NCBI GenBank assembly: GCA_963846375.1
Contig: CAWJVV010000025.1
Location: 94,689 to 158,688 of the forward strand
Direction: 5' to 3'
Length of the DNA stretch: 64,000 nt
Source: an uncultured Acidobacteriota bacterium
GTDB lineage: Bacteria > Acidobacteriota > Terriglobia > Terriglobales > Acidobacteriaceae
The translations under genes and the position numbers were made by a program. Positions within the stretch are counted from its first letter, which is position 1, and the number at the start of each line of letters is the position of its first letter. Positions 44,671 through 54,884 of the stretch are shown here, piece by piece. The notes beneath the pieces are model-generated. The model was not told where the DNA came from, searched no databases, and was given only the letters and a program-made list of their open reading frames with translations.

Positions 44671-45426
44671 CTAGGGCTGCACGATGGCGTTGTAGCCGTC
44701 GTTGAGCAGTTTCTGACGCATGATAAGAGCATCGCTGCGCGAAGCAAACGGTCCCACCTGTACGTGGATGAGCGAGTCGGACAGATCGCGGTGCACGGCG
44801 ACGGCATAGCCATTCTTGCGCAAGGCGCTCACCAGCACATCGGCATCTTCAGGATGAGAGACCGCGGCGATCTGCACCATCCATGATCCGGGCTGCGGCG
44901 TTGACTGCGGGAGAGCGGGCCGTACGACCGGACCGCTGACCAATGCCGGCTGCGGCGTTTCGGATTTTCCCGGAAGCGCGGCTGGTATTACAGAAGGCGC
45001 CGGCGCCTGGGGGCGGGGCGGCGCTGCCGAGGCGGTACTCGGCGCAGGTTGGGCGGGAGCCTTCGACGGGCTGTGCGCCGGCTGATCCGACTCTGAGTTT
45101 GCCCCCGGGGACGTGGCCGCCGAGGTATCTGCAGCGGGCGCGGCAGTTTGCTTGGCCTGGAAGCTGTTTTGGCTGGGAGCGGGCTTGACGGAGGAAGCAG
45201 AGGTTTGCGGGGTTGATCCCGAACCAGCGGCCGATAGCTGCGCTCTTTCAGCAGGGTTGACAGGGGCACCGTGTTGTCCCACCGCATAGCCGAAGACGAA
45301 ACAAACGCCGCACAGGCCGAACAAGCCTAGCGCCAGCAATAGCAGCGTGGTCGGCCCGAGGGTGAGCTCTTTGTCGCGCCGCTTTTCCAACGGCTCCAAT
45401 GTTGTTTCGCCAAACATCTTTTGCAT
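44671..45426 (-). CDS. SPOR-domain cell division protein (DedD/FtsN-like)
   Basis: TM anchor, Pro/Ala linker, C-terminal MVQIAA...VQVGPF. Confidence 0.85.
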   Translation of the reverse strand: MQKMFGETTLEPLEKRRDKELTLGPTTLLLLALGLFGLCGVCFVFGYAVGQHGAPVNPAERAQLSAAGSGSTPQTSASSVKPAPSQNSFQAKQTAAPAADTSAATSPGANSESDQPAHSPSKAPAQPAPSTASAAPPRPQAPAPSVIPAALPGKSETPQPALVSGPVVRPALPQSTPQPGSWMVQIAAVSHPEDADVLVSALRKNGYAVAVHRDLSDSLIHVQVGPFASRSDALIMRQKLLNDGYNAIVQP

Positions 45427-45561
45427 ACTCGGCTCTCTGAGGCAAGCCTGACGAACGCGGCCTGTAATCGGTTGCAGGGCCGGTCGTACTACCCCTGTGG
45501 TGTCAATTCTCTCCTAATCCAGGCCTGCGCGCCAATCGCGATCCCCCTGCCTGGAGGCGTG

Positions 45562-46365
45562 CTACGGCTGCTCGATTTTTGGCGGGGCAGCGGGTGGGGC
45601 GGTCGCGGTGAACTTGTTGAGCAACGACATCAATTCCACCGGCAGCGGGAAGACGATGGTCGTATTCTTCTCCACGCCGATCTCCGTCAAGGTCTGCAGG
45701 TACCGCAGCTGCAGGGTGAGCGGTTGCGTGGCCAGCAATGCCGCGGCGTCGACCAGCTTCTGGGCCGCATTGAACTCGCCCTCGGCGTGGATGATTTTTG
45801 AGCGCTTCTCGCGTTCCGCCTCGGCCTGCTTGGCCATGGCGCGCAACATTTGATCGGGCAGATCCACCTGCTTTACTTCAACCGAGATCACCTTCACGCC
45901 GAATGGTTCTGTCCGCTGGTCGATGATGGACTGGATGCGCAGATTGAGCTTGTCGCGGTGGCTCAGCAATTCATCGAGTTCCACTTCTCCCAGCACAGAA
46001 CGGAGCGTCGTTTGGGCGAACTGCGAGGTCTGGTAGACGTAATTGGCAACCTTGATGGCCGCGTCGTTTGGATTGACGACGTAGAGCGTGACCACAGCGT
46101 TCACCTTGATGGTGACGTTGTCGCGCGTGATGACGTCCTGGGGAGGCACCTCAAGGACTTCCTGGCGGAGCGAGATGCGCACCATCTGGTCGAGGGGGCG
46201 GAACACAAAAATGATGCCGGGGCCCTTAGGTGGCGTGAGCGCGCGGCCCAGCCGGAAGATCACGGCGCGCTCGTAGTCGCGCAGAATCTTAATGGAATTC
46301 AACAAGTAGAGAACCAGGATGGCGAGGAGCACAAGCAGCGGGATCGGCAGTACTTCAGCGGACAT
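45562..46365 (-). CDS. SPFH/band-7 (stomatin-like) protein
   Basis: YERAVIFRLG, QDVITRDNV, AQTTLRSVLG and LQLRYLQTL motifs. Confidence 0.95.
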   Translation of the reverse strand: MSAEVLPIPLLVLLAILVLYLLNSIKILRDYERAVIFRLGRALTPPKGPGIIFVFRPLDQMVRISLRQEVLEVPPQDVITRDNVTIKVNAVVTLYVVNPNDAAIKVANYVYQTSQFAQTTLRSVLGEVELDELLSHRDKLNLRIQSIIDQRTEPFGVKVISVEVKQVDLPDQMLRAMAKQAEAEREKRSKIIHAEGEFNAAQKLVDAAALLATQPLTLQLRYLQTLTEIGVEKNTTIVFPLPVELMSLLNKFTATAPPAAPPKIEQP

Positions 46366-46419
46366 GGGATCTCCCTTTTTTCTCTATCTGAGCGTCAGGC
46401 GAATTGTACTCCGCATTGC

Positions 46420-47781
46420 TCAAACGGCGTTATGCGGCGGATCGAGCGGGGTCACGTGCAACAGGTATTGCTCGCGGCCGGTTACGCGCAGCGCAGCGCC
46501 CTTGGCAACCGCGTGGTCTGCTACTGCGCGCCAGATTTCGCCATCCACCAACACGTGGCCCTCGGGCGTTAGAGGTTCCATTGCCGATGCGAATTGCCCG
46601 ACCAGGGCGTCCAGGCCTAGGCGAGTCTTCATCCGTCGCGCGCGCACAGCCAGGCGCACCAGGAATGCGGTGATGGCTCCGAATGCGGTGCTCAACGCTA
46701 GCGCTATCCATGGATTCACCGACATTTCGGGAATCGGCGCCCTGACCAGTGTTAGCGTGCCGAGCGTGAGACACACAATGCCCGCAATGGCCAATGCGCC
46801 GTGGCCGCCGAACTTCGCTTCGAGGGCCATCAGCACCATGGCCGCGATCAGCAGCATGACGGCGGTGTAGCGGATGGGCAGCAGATCGAGCGCAAAGATG
46901 GCCAGCAGCACCATGAGCGTGCCCAATGCGCCGGGAACGATGGTACCGGGAGTGTTGAACTCCAGGTAGATGAGCAGTGCCCCGCCCACCAGCAACAGCA
47001 GGGCGATGTTTGGATTGACCAACCAGCCCAGCAGATCTTCGCGCAAAGTCGGTTTGACGAGGACGACATGCGCATTGGCCAGGTGAAGCGTTTGCTTGCT
47101 TCCATCCATGCGCGTAATCTCGCGGCCGTTGAGCTGCGCCAGCAGATGCTGTTCGTCAGGCGCAGTCAGGTCGATCAGGTGCTTGTCGAGCGCTTCTTCC
47201 GCTGAGTAGGCGTGCGAGCTTTGCACGGCGGCGATGGCGGCGTCGACGTTGCGATTGCGATGCGCGGCATAGGAGCGCAGGAAAGCCTCGGCGTCGTTCT
47301 CCACCTTTTGTGCCATGGTGTCGTCGGGTTTTCCCAACTCGAAAACTACGTGGGCGGCACCCGCATTCGTGCCGGGAGCCATTGCTGCCACGTCGGCGGC
47401 TTCCATCAAAAAGAAGCCCGCGGAGCCGGCCCGCGCTCCCGCCGGAGCCACGTACACAATGACCGGGACGCGCGAACTGAGGATCGCGCCGGCCATGTGG
47501 CGCATGGATTCCACGAGGCCGCCGGGCGTATCCATCTCGATCAGCAGTGCGGCAGCATTATCGGACTGAGCTCGGCTGATGGCGCGATCGAGTTCTCCTG
47601 CGGTGATGGGCTGGATGGTGTCGTCGAGAACCAGCTTATCCACGACGGGCGAGGAGATGGGCTGCTGTGCGGCCAACTGCAGCGCGATGGCCAGCAGGGC
47701 TGCGCTGGAGAGCAAGAGCGCCGCATGCCGCATCACACGCGCTACCGTCCCGGTCTCTGAAACGTGACTCGAGAGAAGCAT
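46420..47781 (-). CDS. nfeD: NfeD membrane-bound serine protease (long form)
   Basis: MDTPGG, AGSAG and APGTNAGAAH motifs; C-terminal GEIW OB domain; adjacent to the SPFH gene. Confidence 0.92.
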   Translation of the reverse strand: MLLSSHVSETGTVARVMRHAALLLSSAALLAIALQLAAQQPISSPVVDKLVLDDTIQPITAGELDRAISRAQSDNAAALLIEMDTPGGLVESMRHMAGAILSSRVPVIVYVAPAGARAGSAGFFLMEAADVAAMAPGTNAGAAHVVFELGKPDDTMAQKVENDAEAFLRSYAAHRNRNVDAAIAAVQSSHAYSAEEALDKHLIDLTAPDEQHLLAQLNGREITRMDGSKQTLHLANAHVVLVKPTLREDLLGWLVNPNIALLLLVGGALLIYLEFNTPGTIVPGALGTLMVLLAIFALDLLPIRYTAVMLLIAAMVLMALEAKFGGHGALAIAGIVCLTLGTLTLVRAPIPEMSVNPWIALALSTAFGAITAFLVRLAVRARRMKTRLGLDALVGQFASAMEPLTPEGHVLVDGEIWRAVADHAVAKGAALRVTGREQYLLHVTPLDPPHNAV

Positions 47782-47800
47782 CTGTCGCTCCTTGGGGCAG

Positions 47801-49432
47801 CTACTGTTGGCGGCTTTGCCCCTGTCGTGCGCTTACCTGGCGCAACACATCTTGCGCAGCCTGGCTCCTGGGGTTCAGCTTCAGGGCTTCACCGGCATCG
47901 CGCGTGGCGTCGTCCAGGTGGTTAGCCGCAATGTCAAGGCGCGCCAGGATTAGATACGCACCCGCGGTGGGTTGCAGTTCCAGTGCGGCCTGCGCCTCTT
48001 TGCGTGCTCCCGTTGAATCGCCGGTGCGTTCGCGAACCTCCGCCAGGCCCTCATGCGCGTCTTCCACGCGGCCGTCGGCGGCCACGGCTGTCTGGTAAAG
48101 CCGTTCGGCTTCTAAAAGCAGTCCGCGCGAGAGATATTCCCTGGCCCGTGTCGCCAGCGTGCGTGCTCGCTGCTGGGGTGTCAGCGCTTGCAGCCGCGAA
48201 GCCTCCATCTGCTCCATCATCACCGCGGCCTGGCGAAACGCCACCGCGTCGAAGCCGCGCACAATCCGCTCCAGCGGCTCCGCTGAGGAAGCACCGGCGG
48301 GCTGTTTCCAGGCGTTGTCCAACTCAAGCGCCTCGCTGTCGGTGGGACGCATCTTCAAATACTGCGCGAGCTCGGCAACGGCTCCCGCAGTATCGTTATG
48401 TCGCTTGAGGCTCACCGCAAGGTTGAAGTGATAGTCGGCGTCGGTGGGATCGGCCGCTTCAGCCTGGCGGAACAGCGCGGTGCCATCGTGCCCCTGCCGG
48501 CTGATGGCCACGCCCTGGTTGTTCAACACCGGCGCCAGCGGCAGCACCCGCGCCACATTGCCAAACGCGCTCTCAGCCTTGGCGTAGTTGCCCGAGAACA
48601 TGAGCGACAGCCCGCGATAAAATCCGGCCTCGAGCGAATCAGGGTCGTTGCCCGTCACTTTTTCGAAGGCCAGGGCCGACTGCTCGTAGTCTTGTCCTGC
48701 GTAGTACTCGCGGCCCAGGGCCATCCACGCGGAACTCAGATCAGGGCTCAGCTTCACGGCTTCCTGCAGATGGCGCAGCCTCTCGGCCTGGTCCGGTTCC
48801 GTGATGCCGCGAATGTACTGTTCAAACGCGGGCAACGGCAGATTGGCGCCCGCCGCGATGAAGGTCTCTTCAGAGCCGTTGAATCCCGGATCGAGGTCCC
48901 GTGTGAGCCTCCAGGCCAGGGAATCGAAGACCGTGATCAGGTCGCGCATCTCGCCGTTGACCACGGTGGCAGCGCCCATTTTCAGATGAGGCACATCGAC
49001 GATCTGCGCCTGCACCTGGATCTGGGTGCCGCTGGTCTGATAGCTGCCCACGATGATCGAGTCCACATCCATGGTCTGCGACAACTTCAGCGTGCTTGCG
49101 CGTGACGGCTGGAATCCCTGCGGCAGGCCCAGGTGGTCGAGGGCATAAAGGCGATCGGCGCGGCTGAGCGGCGCGAATCCGGCAGAGGCAAAGCGGCTCG
49201 ACAGCAAATCCGGCGCGGCCTCGCGGATCCATTCCAGACTGGGTTGGCCGGTTTTGTTGTCGAAGGGCAGCACCAGCACGATGCGGCCGTGAGCTGCAGC
49301 GGATTCCGATGGCGTCTGGGCGCCGGAAACCTGTGCGCCGGCCGTGGCCATGAACACGCCTATCGTGGCAAGCAGCACAAGAACAGCCAGGCAAGAAATC
49401 CGGCGCGGAATATGAAAAAAGCGAGGGATCAC
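47801..49432 (-). CDS. Secreted TolB-N-like/TPR repeat protein
   Basis: Signal peptide, VLVLPFDN, multiple TPR-like helices. Confidence 0.82.
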   Translation of the reverse strand: MIPRFFHIPRRISCLAVLVLLATIGVFMATAGAQVSGAQTPSESAAAHGRIVLVLPFDNKTGQPSLEWIREAAPDLLSSRFASAGFAPLSRADRLYALDHLGLPQGFQPSRASTLKLSQTMDVDSIIVGSYQTSGTQIQVQAQIVDVPHLKMGAATVVNGEMRDLITVFDSLAWRLTRDLDPGFNGSEETFIAAGANLPLPAFEQYIRGITEPDQAERLRHLQEAVKLSPDLSSAWMALGREYYAGQDYEQSALAFEKVTGNDPDSLEAGFYRGLSLMFSGNYAKAESAFGNVARVLPLAPVLNNQGVAISRQGHDGTALFRQAEAADPTDADYHFNLAVSLKRHNDTAGAVAELAQYLKMRPTDSEALELDNAWKQPAGASSAEPLERIVRGFDAVAFRQAAVMMEQMEASRLQALTPQQRARTLATRAREYLSRGLLLEAERLYQTAVAADGRVEDAHEGLAEVRERTGDSTGARKEAQAALELQPTAGAYLILARLDIAANHLDDATRDAGEALKLNPRSQAAQDVLRQVSARQGQSRQQ

Positions 49433-49451
49433 GACAGCCTGATTATAGGCG

Positions 49452-51065
49452 CTACGGAGCCGCAGCAGCGGACGCGCCGGGGCCCAGGGCCGCCTCGAAC
49501 TGCCGGTTGAAGCGCAGCACCCCCGCCCACATGCCGTGGTCCTGTGCGCGCCAGCCGACGGTGCCGTTCAGCCGGCGCGCAATGACCTCCGGCGACAAGT
49601 CATGATGCAGGCCGAAGTAGCGCTCGTCCAGCGCCTGGCTGCGGGTTCCGAAAGAGATGAGTGGAGGCGGATCGAATTTGGTGGAAAACACAAGTGCCGC
49701 GGAGTAGCGTCCCGGTTCTGCCGCAGCGCGTTCAATCTGTTGCTCAGAAAAGTCGTCGATCGCCCACACGTCCCACGGTTCCGTCACATAGCCGAGTTCT
49801 GGCCGCCGAAGGTAGTCGGACACGGGCCAGGCTGAAAGCACGGTCGCGCCGGGATAGAGCTTGGTCAACTGCGCAATCGCAGCCTGATGCAACCGGATCA
49901 CCCGCGCGTACTCCAGATTGTCCTCTGGGGCAAACCCGTAGGGCGGATTCACAAATAGCCCCGCCACAAACGCCGCGGCCGATAACACGGCGAGCGCATG
50001 CCAGTAAGGGACGCGCCGCCGCAGGGTGGTCACAGCAAGAAGAATTACCAGCGGATACATGGCCAGAAGATAGCGGCAGAGCAAAGCCCCGCCCAGCACG
50101 CCGAACAGCACGGCTGTGGCCCCGAGCAGGATGAAGATGCGGCGTCGCACCGCGGCGTCGAGCCCCGCGCGCTCAGTGCCATCGGCCTCGCGGCGCGGCG
50201 GCAACATTATGGCCGCGATGGTCAGCAACACCGGCACAAACATGTTCATGTGCGCGAACAGGTGCAGCAGGCGATGCCCGAACGCCGCGATGAACCGCAG
50301 CGGCGTCAGCGTCTCCTGTGCGTTGTAACGCACGAAATCAGGACTACCAAGCGCGAACCCGGTCTTGGCGTAGTGCCAGACATACCAGGCTGCGAGTGGA
50401 AGCATGCAACTCCCCAACCACCCGGCCTCGATCAGCAGCCGCTTGCGTTGCGGACCCGGAGTCCGTATTGCCGAGACGAGCGCGCAGCACATCAGGGCGA
50501 GTGGAACCACGACGGCAGTCTCTTTCGACAACACTGCCAGCGTGAACCACACCGCCGCAATCACAGGCTTGCGATTGCGCGCGGGCAGCGAATGCACCAG
50601 CCCCCACATGGTGAACGCGGCGGCAAAGATATCCGCATGTGCCAGCGTGCTTTGCGCAAACCAGATGGGATAGAGCGCCGTCAGCATCAGGGTCCAGAAG
50701 CCCACGGCAGCGGATTCAGTCAGCCGTAACGCCAGCCGCCAAACCCCCAGCAGACCCACGGCGGACACCATGAGCACCGCTTCGCGGGTCACCTCCGGGT
50801 AAAAGCCCGAGGCCTTCCACCACAGCGCCAGATAAATGCTGGGGAGCGCCGGGTGCGCATTGCTGGTGGTTGTGGAGGGGATCAGCGAACCGGTGCGGAA
50901 GAAATCCCAGGCCGCTGGAATGTAGTAGCCGGCCTCATCCCAGTAGTAGGGAAGCCGCAGCAGCGAGAAGTGGGTCAGGTAAAGCGCAGCGAAGATGACC
51001 GGAAAGATCATCCAAAGCGGAAAAGGGGCATCCAGGCGCGGCTCGAACAACTTTCTCCAGCGCAA
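49452..51065 (-). CDS. GT-C (GT39-like) membrane glycosyltransferase
   Basis: YYWDEAGYY, HP and LSKET motifs; multi-TM. Confidence 0.75.
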   Translation of the reverse strand: MRWRKLFEPRLDAPFPLWMIFPVIFAALYLTHFSLLRLPYYWDEAGYYIPAAWDFFRTGSLIPSTTTSNAHPALPSIYLALWWKASGFYPEVTREAVLMVSAVGLLGVWRLALRLTESAAVGFWTLMLTALYPIWFAQSTLAHADIFAAAFTMWGLVHSLPARNRKPVIAAVWFTLAVLSKETAVVVPLALMCCALVSAIRTPGPQRKRLLIEAGWLGSCMLPLAAWYVWHYAKTGFALGSPDFVRYNAQETLTPLRFIAAFGHRLLHLFAHMNMFVPVLLTIAAIMLPPRREADGTERAGLDAAVRRRIFILLGATAVLFGVLGGALLCRYLLAMYPLVILLAVTTLRRRVPYWHALAVLSAAAFVAGLFVNPPYGFAPEDNLEYARVIRLHQAAIAQLTKLYPGATVLSAWPVSDYLRRPELGYVTEPWDVWAIDDFSEQQIERAAAEPGRYSAALVFSTKFDPPPLISFGTRSQALDERYFGLHHDLSPEVIARRLNGTVGWRAQDHGMWAGVLRFNRQFEAALGPGASAAAAP

Positions 51066-51143
51066 ACCATTCTCCTCGAATGCCCAGTGTACGCGAGCGC
51101 ATCGCGCAAACGTCTCACATCAAGTTCATTGAGGCTACTGACT

Positions 51144-52628
51144 TTATTTGCGCGGCAGGCGCACCGTGAACCGCGTATCGCCCGGCTTCGATTCCACATC
51201 GATTTTGCCGCCGAACTTTTGCGTGACAATGCGATGCACAATCTCCAGACCGAGCCCCGTGCCGGAGCCCTGCGGCTTGGTGGTGAAGAACGCCTCGAAG
51301 ATGTGCGGCCGCACCTCATCCGGAATCCCTGAGCCGTGATCGCCAATCTGCACGGCGAGCCAGTCCGGCTCCGTCCATGTGCTGATCTCGATCTGGCCGT
51401 TTGCAGGTGATGCGTCGGCGGCGTTGTCGATCAGGTTGGTCCACACCTGGCTTAATGCCGATCCGCGCGTCACGATGGAAGAGGGCGACGCGTCGAAGCT
51501 CTTTTCCACCTTGATCTGCTTGATGCGCAGCTTGTGTCCCAGGATCGTCAGCGTGCTCTGCAGGCTGTCGTGGACATCGATCTCCTTGGTCGGCATCTTC
51601 TCGTCATAGGCATACTTCTTTACCGCCATCACGAGCTCGGAAACCCGCCCGATGCTTTCCTCGATGGCGCACACCTGCGACATGCTCGACACCAGCGCGC
51701 CCAGCCAGTTGAGCGCGTCAGAAAACGACTCGGGATCGAAGTAGGCCCGCGCACAGGCCAGCTCCTCGGTGTCGAATCCCATCGTCACCAGCGATGGCCC
51801 GATCGAATATGCATTCTGCACGCCTGCGCTCGACAGCCACTCGCTCATCGCTTCTTCTGCGTCAGCCTGCTCAATGCTGCTCAGGGCCGCCATGCGGCAG
51901 CTCTTCATGGTGTGCTGCAGCAAGCCTTTCATGCAATCCAGCTGCTCAATGGTCTTGGGCTTGCCGCTCATGCGCAGGCCGATCTCCTGCAGCATCTGCA
52001 GATTCTCCCGCAGCAGCGCGGCCGAGCGCTTGGCCGCCGATCCGGGATTGTGCAGTTCATGCATCAGGCCCGCGGCCAGGGTGCCCAGGGTCACCAGCTT
52101 TTCGCGATGCAAAGCCTCGACCTGGTAGGTCTGAAGTCGGCGGTTGAAGTCCAGCAGGATGTTCTCGCGCACCGCGGGGCAGCAGGACAACAGATTCCAA
52201 AACTGCACTTCGCTGAAGCGGACTACAACGGAGGCTTCCGAGGCGACAACCGAAAACGAAGAAACCTTCTTGCCGTGCATGATCGGCGTTTCGCCGAAAC
52301 CCTCGCCCGTCACCGCCGATCCCACCACCGTCCTGGTGCCGTCCTGCTCCAGTCGCTCGGCCTGCAGCCTGCCTTCAAGCACCACCGAATACCGGAGCGG
52401 GGAATCTCCCGGCGCGGTGAGGATGTCCTGCGGCTTCAGGCGTATCAATTCCACCGTACCCACGCCCTGCCAGCTGTCCAAATCGGATTCGGCATAAGCA
52501 GGGAAGCTCTTCAGCTTACCCGCGATCTCGGCAAAGGGCACCGTCTCCACCCTGTACGGTTTCTCGCTCTCGGTTGTTGTTTCCGCGTGCTCGAGCATTC
52601 CGCGTCCTCGTCCCGCTTCTGTTTCCAT
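51144..52628 (-). CDS. Cytoplasmic histidine kinase with N-terminal cNMP-binding domain
   Basis: GEGFGE; H-box LMHELHNP; QVWTNLIDNA; D.G.GIP; FFTTK; GTGLGL. Confidence 0.92.
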   Translation of the reverse strand: METEAGRGRGMLEHAETTTESEKPYRVETVPFAEIAGKLKSFPAYAESDLDSWQGVGTVELIRLKPQDILTAPGDSPLRYSVVLEGRLQAERLEQDGTRTVVGSAVTGEGFGETPIMHGKKVSSFSVVASEASVVVRFSEVQFWNLLSCCPAVRENILLDFNRRLQTYQVEALHREKLVTLGTLAAGLMHELHNPGSAAKRSAALLRENLQMLQEIGLRMSGKPKTIEQLDCMKGLLQHTMKSCRMAALSSIEQADAEEAMSEWLSSAGVQNAYSIGPSLVTMGFDTEELACARAYFDPESFSDALNWLGALVSSMSQVCAIEESIGRVSELVMAVKKYAYDEKMPTKEIDVHDSLQSTLTILGHKLRIKQIKVEKSFDASPSSIVTRGSALSQVWTNLIDNAADASPANGQIEISTWTEPDWLAVQIGDHGSGIPDEVRPHIFEAFFTTKPQGSGTGLGLEIVHRIVTQKFGGKIDVESKPGDTRFTVRLPRK

Positions 52629-52701
52629 CTTTAGATTCCAGCCGCCTTAAATCGCTTTCGCTCTAAAATAGCTGCAACTGCTCCTCTTGCAAAACACAGG
52701 T

Positions 52702-54351
52702 TTAAAACCCTGCCAGATACTGGTGCACAAACTGCACCGCGATCGATCCCTCTCCCACCGCCGACGCCACACGCTTCACCGATCCATGGCGAGCGTCGCC
52801 TGCAACAAATACACCCGGCACGCTCGACTCCAGCAGAAACGGCTCACGCGTCTCACGCCAGTGTTCAGGAAGCTTCCCGTCTAACCGCAAATCCGGGCCG
52901 GCCAGCAAAAAGCCCTTCTCGTCCCGGAGAATCTCTGCCGGGAGCCAATCGGTTCGTGGCGCCGCTCCAATAAAGACAAAAAGCGACGAAGCCGGAACCT
53001 CCTGCTCGCCATCAGGTCCTTTGACCCGCAGGCTCTCCAGGTGCTCTTCGCCCCTGGCTTCCAGAACCTGCGTACCGGACTTTACCTCAATATTGGATGT
53101 GCGACCAATCTCATCGATCAAGTATTTCGACATTGTGGCGCCTAAACCCTGTCCGCGCACCAACATCATCACCTTACGGGCATATTTTGAGAAGTACAGG
53201 GCGGCCTGCCCGGCGGAATTGGCCCCCCCCACCACGTACACATCCTCGTCTTTGCAGGCGGCGGCCTCCACCAGCGCGGCGCCATAATATATGCCCCGGC
53301 CGGTGAGCCGCTCGGCGCCCGGCACGTCGAGTTTTCGGTATTGAACTCCCGGGCACAATAGAGTAGCGTGCGTCGAAACCTCCCGCCCGTCCGCCGTCCT
53401 CACAAACCGGTACTGTCCGTCGATGCGCAGCCCTGTGGCTCGCTGGGTCACGAACTCCGAGCCGAAGCGGGTGGCCTGGATCAGCGCACGGCGCCCCATG
53501 TCTGCCCCCGTGATGCCCGCCGGGAAGCCCAGATAGTTTTCGATCTTCGACGTGGTGCCCGCCTGGCCGCCCGGCGCCTCCGGCTCGATCACCAGGGTCT
53601 TCAATCCTTCGCTCGATCCGTAGACCGCCGCGGCCAGGCCGGCCGGTCCAGCACCCACTACCACCAGGTCGTAGAAGTCCTGGCTGGCCTGCACCTTCAG
53701 ACCCACGCGCTGCGCCAGCACATCCGGTTCGGGGTCCTTCAACACGCTTCCGTCCTGAAACAACACCAGTGGAAGCGTATCCGTTGGCAGATTCTTTTCG
53801 GCCAGCAGCTTCGTCGCCTCATCGCTGGTCACGTCGAGCCAGCGATACGGCACGTGGTTACAGCTCAAGAAACTGCGAATCTCGTGGTCGCGCGCCGACC
53901 AGCGGTGCCCAATGACACGCAGCCCTTCGTAAGGAGCCCGGTAGCCCGCCTTCCAGTCGTCAAGCAGATCGCTTAGAACCGGGTAAAGCTTCTCCTCGGG
54001 CGGATCCCAGGGCTTGTTCAGGTAGTAATGAATACGAGCGGTATTGATGGCCTGGATGGCTGCCTCGGTGTCCGCGTATGCCGTCAGTAACACCCGCTTG
54101 GCAGTCGGATAGATCTCCCGCGAACGCTCCAGGAACTCCACACCCGTAATCCCGGGCATGCGCTGGTCGCTCAGCAGCAGGGCCACGGGCTCTTCCCGAG
54201 CCTTCACCTGCCTGAGGGTGTCCAGCGCTGCCTGGCCGCTGGCGGCGCGCATAATCCGGTACTCGGCGCCGTATTGCCTCCGCAGGTCCTGCACCACCGC
54301 TTCCAGCACATTCACGTCATCATCGACAGCTAAAAGGATTGGCCTCGCCAT
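52702..54351 (-). CDS. Receiver domain fused to a thioredoxin-reductase-like flavoprotein
   Basis: AVDDD, LLSDQRMP and KPW (receiver); GAGPAG, GGANSAGQ and KRVASAVGEG (TrxB-like). Confidence 0.92.
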   Translation of the reverse strand: MARPILLAVDDDVNVLEAVVQDLRRQYGAEYRIMRAASGQAALDTLRQVKAREEPVALLLSDQRMPGITGVEFLERSREIYPTAKRVLLTAYADTEAAIQAINTARIHYYLNKPWDPPEEKLYPVLSDLLDDWKAGYRAPYEGLRVIGHRWSARDHEIRSFLSCNHVPYRWLDVTSDEATKLLAEKNLPTDTLPLVLFQDGSVLKDPEPDVLAQRVGLKVQASQDFYDLVVVGAGPAGLAAAVYGSSEGLKTLVIEPEAPGGQAGTTSKIENYLGFPAGITGADMGRRALIQATRFGSEFVTQRATGLRIDGQYRFVRTADGREVSTHATLLCPGVQYRKLDVPGAERLTGRGIYYGAALVEAAACKDEDVYVVGGANSAGQAALYFSKYARKVMMLVRGQGLGATMSKYLIDEIGRTSNIEVKSGTQVLEARGEEHLESLRVKGPDGEQEVPASSLFVFIGAAPRTDWLPAEILRDEKGFLLAGPDLRLDGKLPEHWRETREPFLLESSVPGVFVAGDARHGSVKRVASAVGEGSIAVQFVHQYLAGF

Positions 54352-54884
54352 GACCCTACTCTAATTCCCCTGGCTGGAGGGGTTGGTTTGGGTGACCTTG
54401 ATCGTCCTGTTTAGTGTTCAGGATCACCATCTTGCCCAGATCGGTAACCTCAGCCATTACTGCCCCGTAAGTAACCCTAATTAGTCATTCCTTTTTGCGC
54501 CAGCGCACGTTACTCTCATCTTAAGAATCCCGTGGAAGTTGCTCGTGCTGGTCAATTCGCCCCGGAGTATTGCCCGGAGGAAAAGGTGTCGCACCTGATG
54601 GCTTGCCTGGAAACGATACATCCACCTGCGGTTGCGCTCATTTCAGCCGATAAATTAAAAATCGGAGCGCACTTTCAGGACCGAGGATGGCAGGCGGGCG
54701 CGGCGATAAAACCAGCCCGGATCGAAGCATCGTGTGGGCACGCGTTTACACGGTACAACTCGACCGGCGGCACGGTTACCGATCGAGCGGATAACGGGTG
54801 TGGCATGGATCACATCGTTCACAAACGGCGGCATTTTTTGAGGCGTCTGTCAACGATTGGGCATGCTAAGATGAGGCCCAATTC

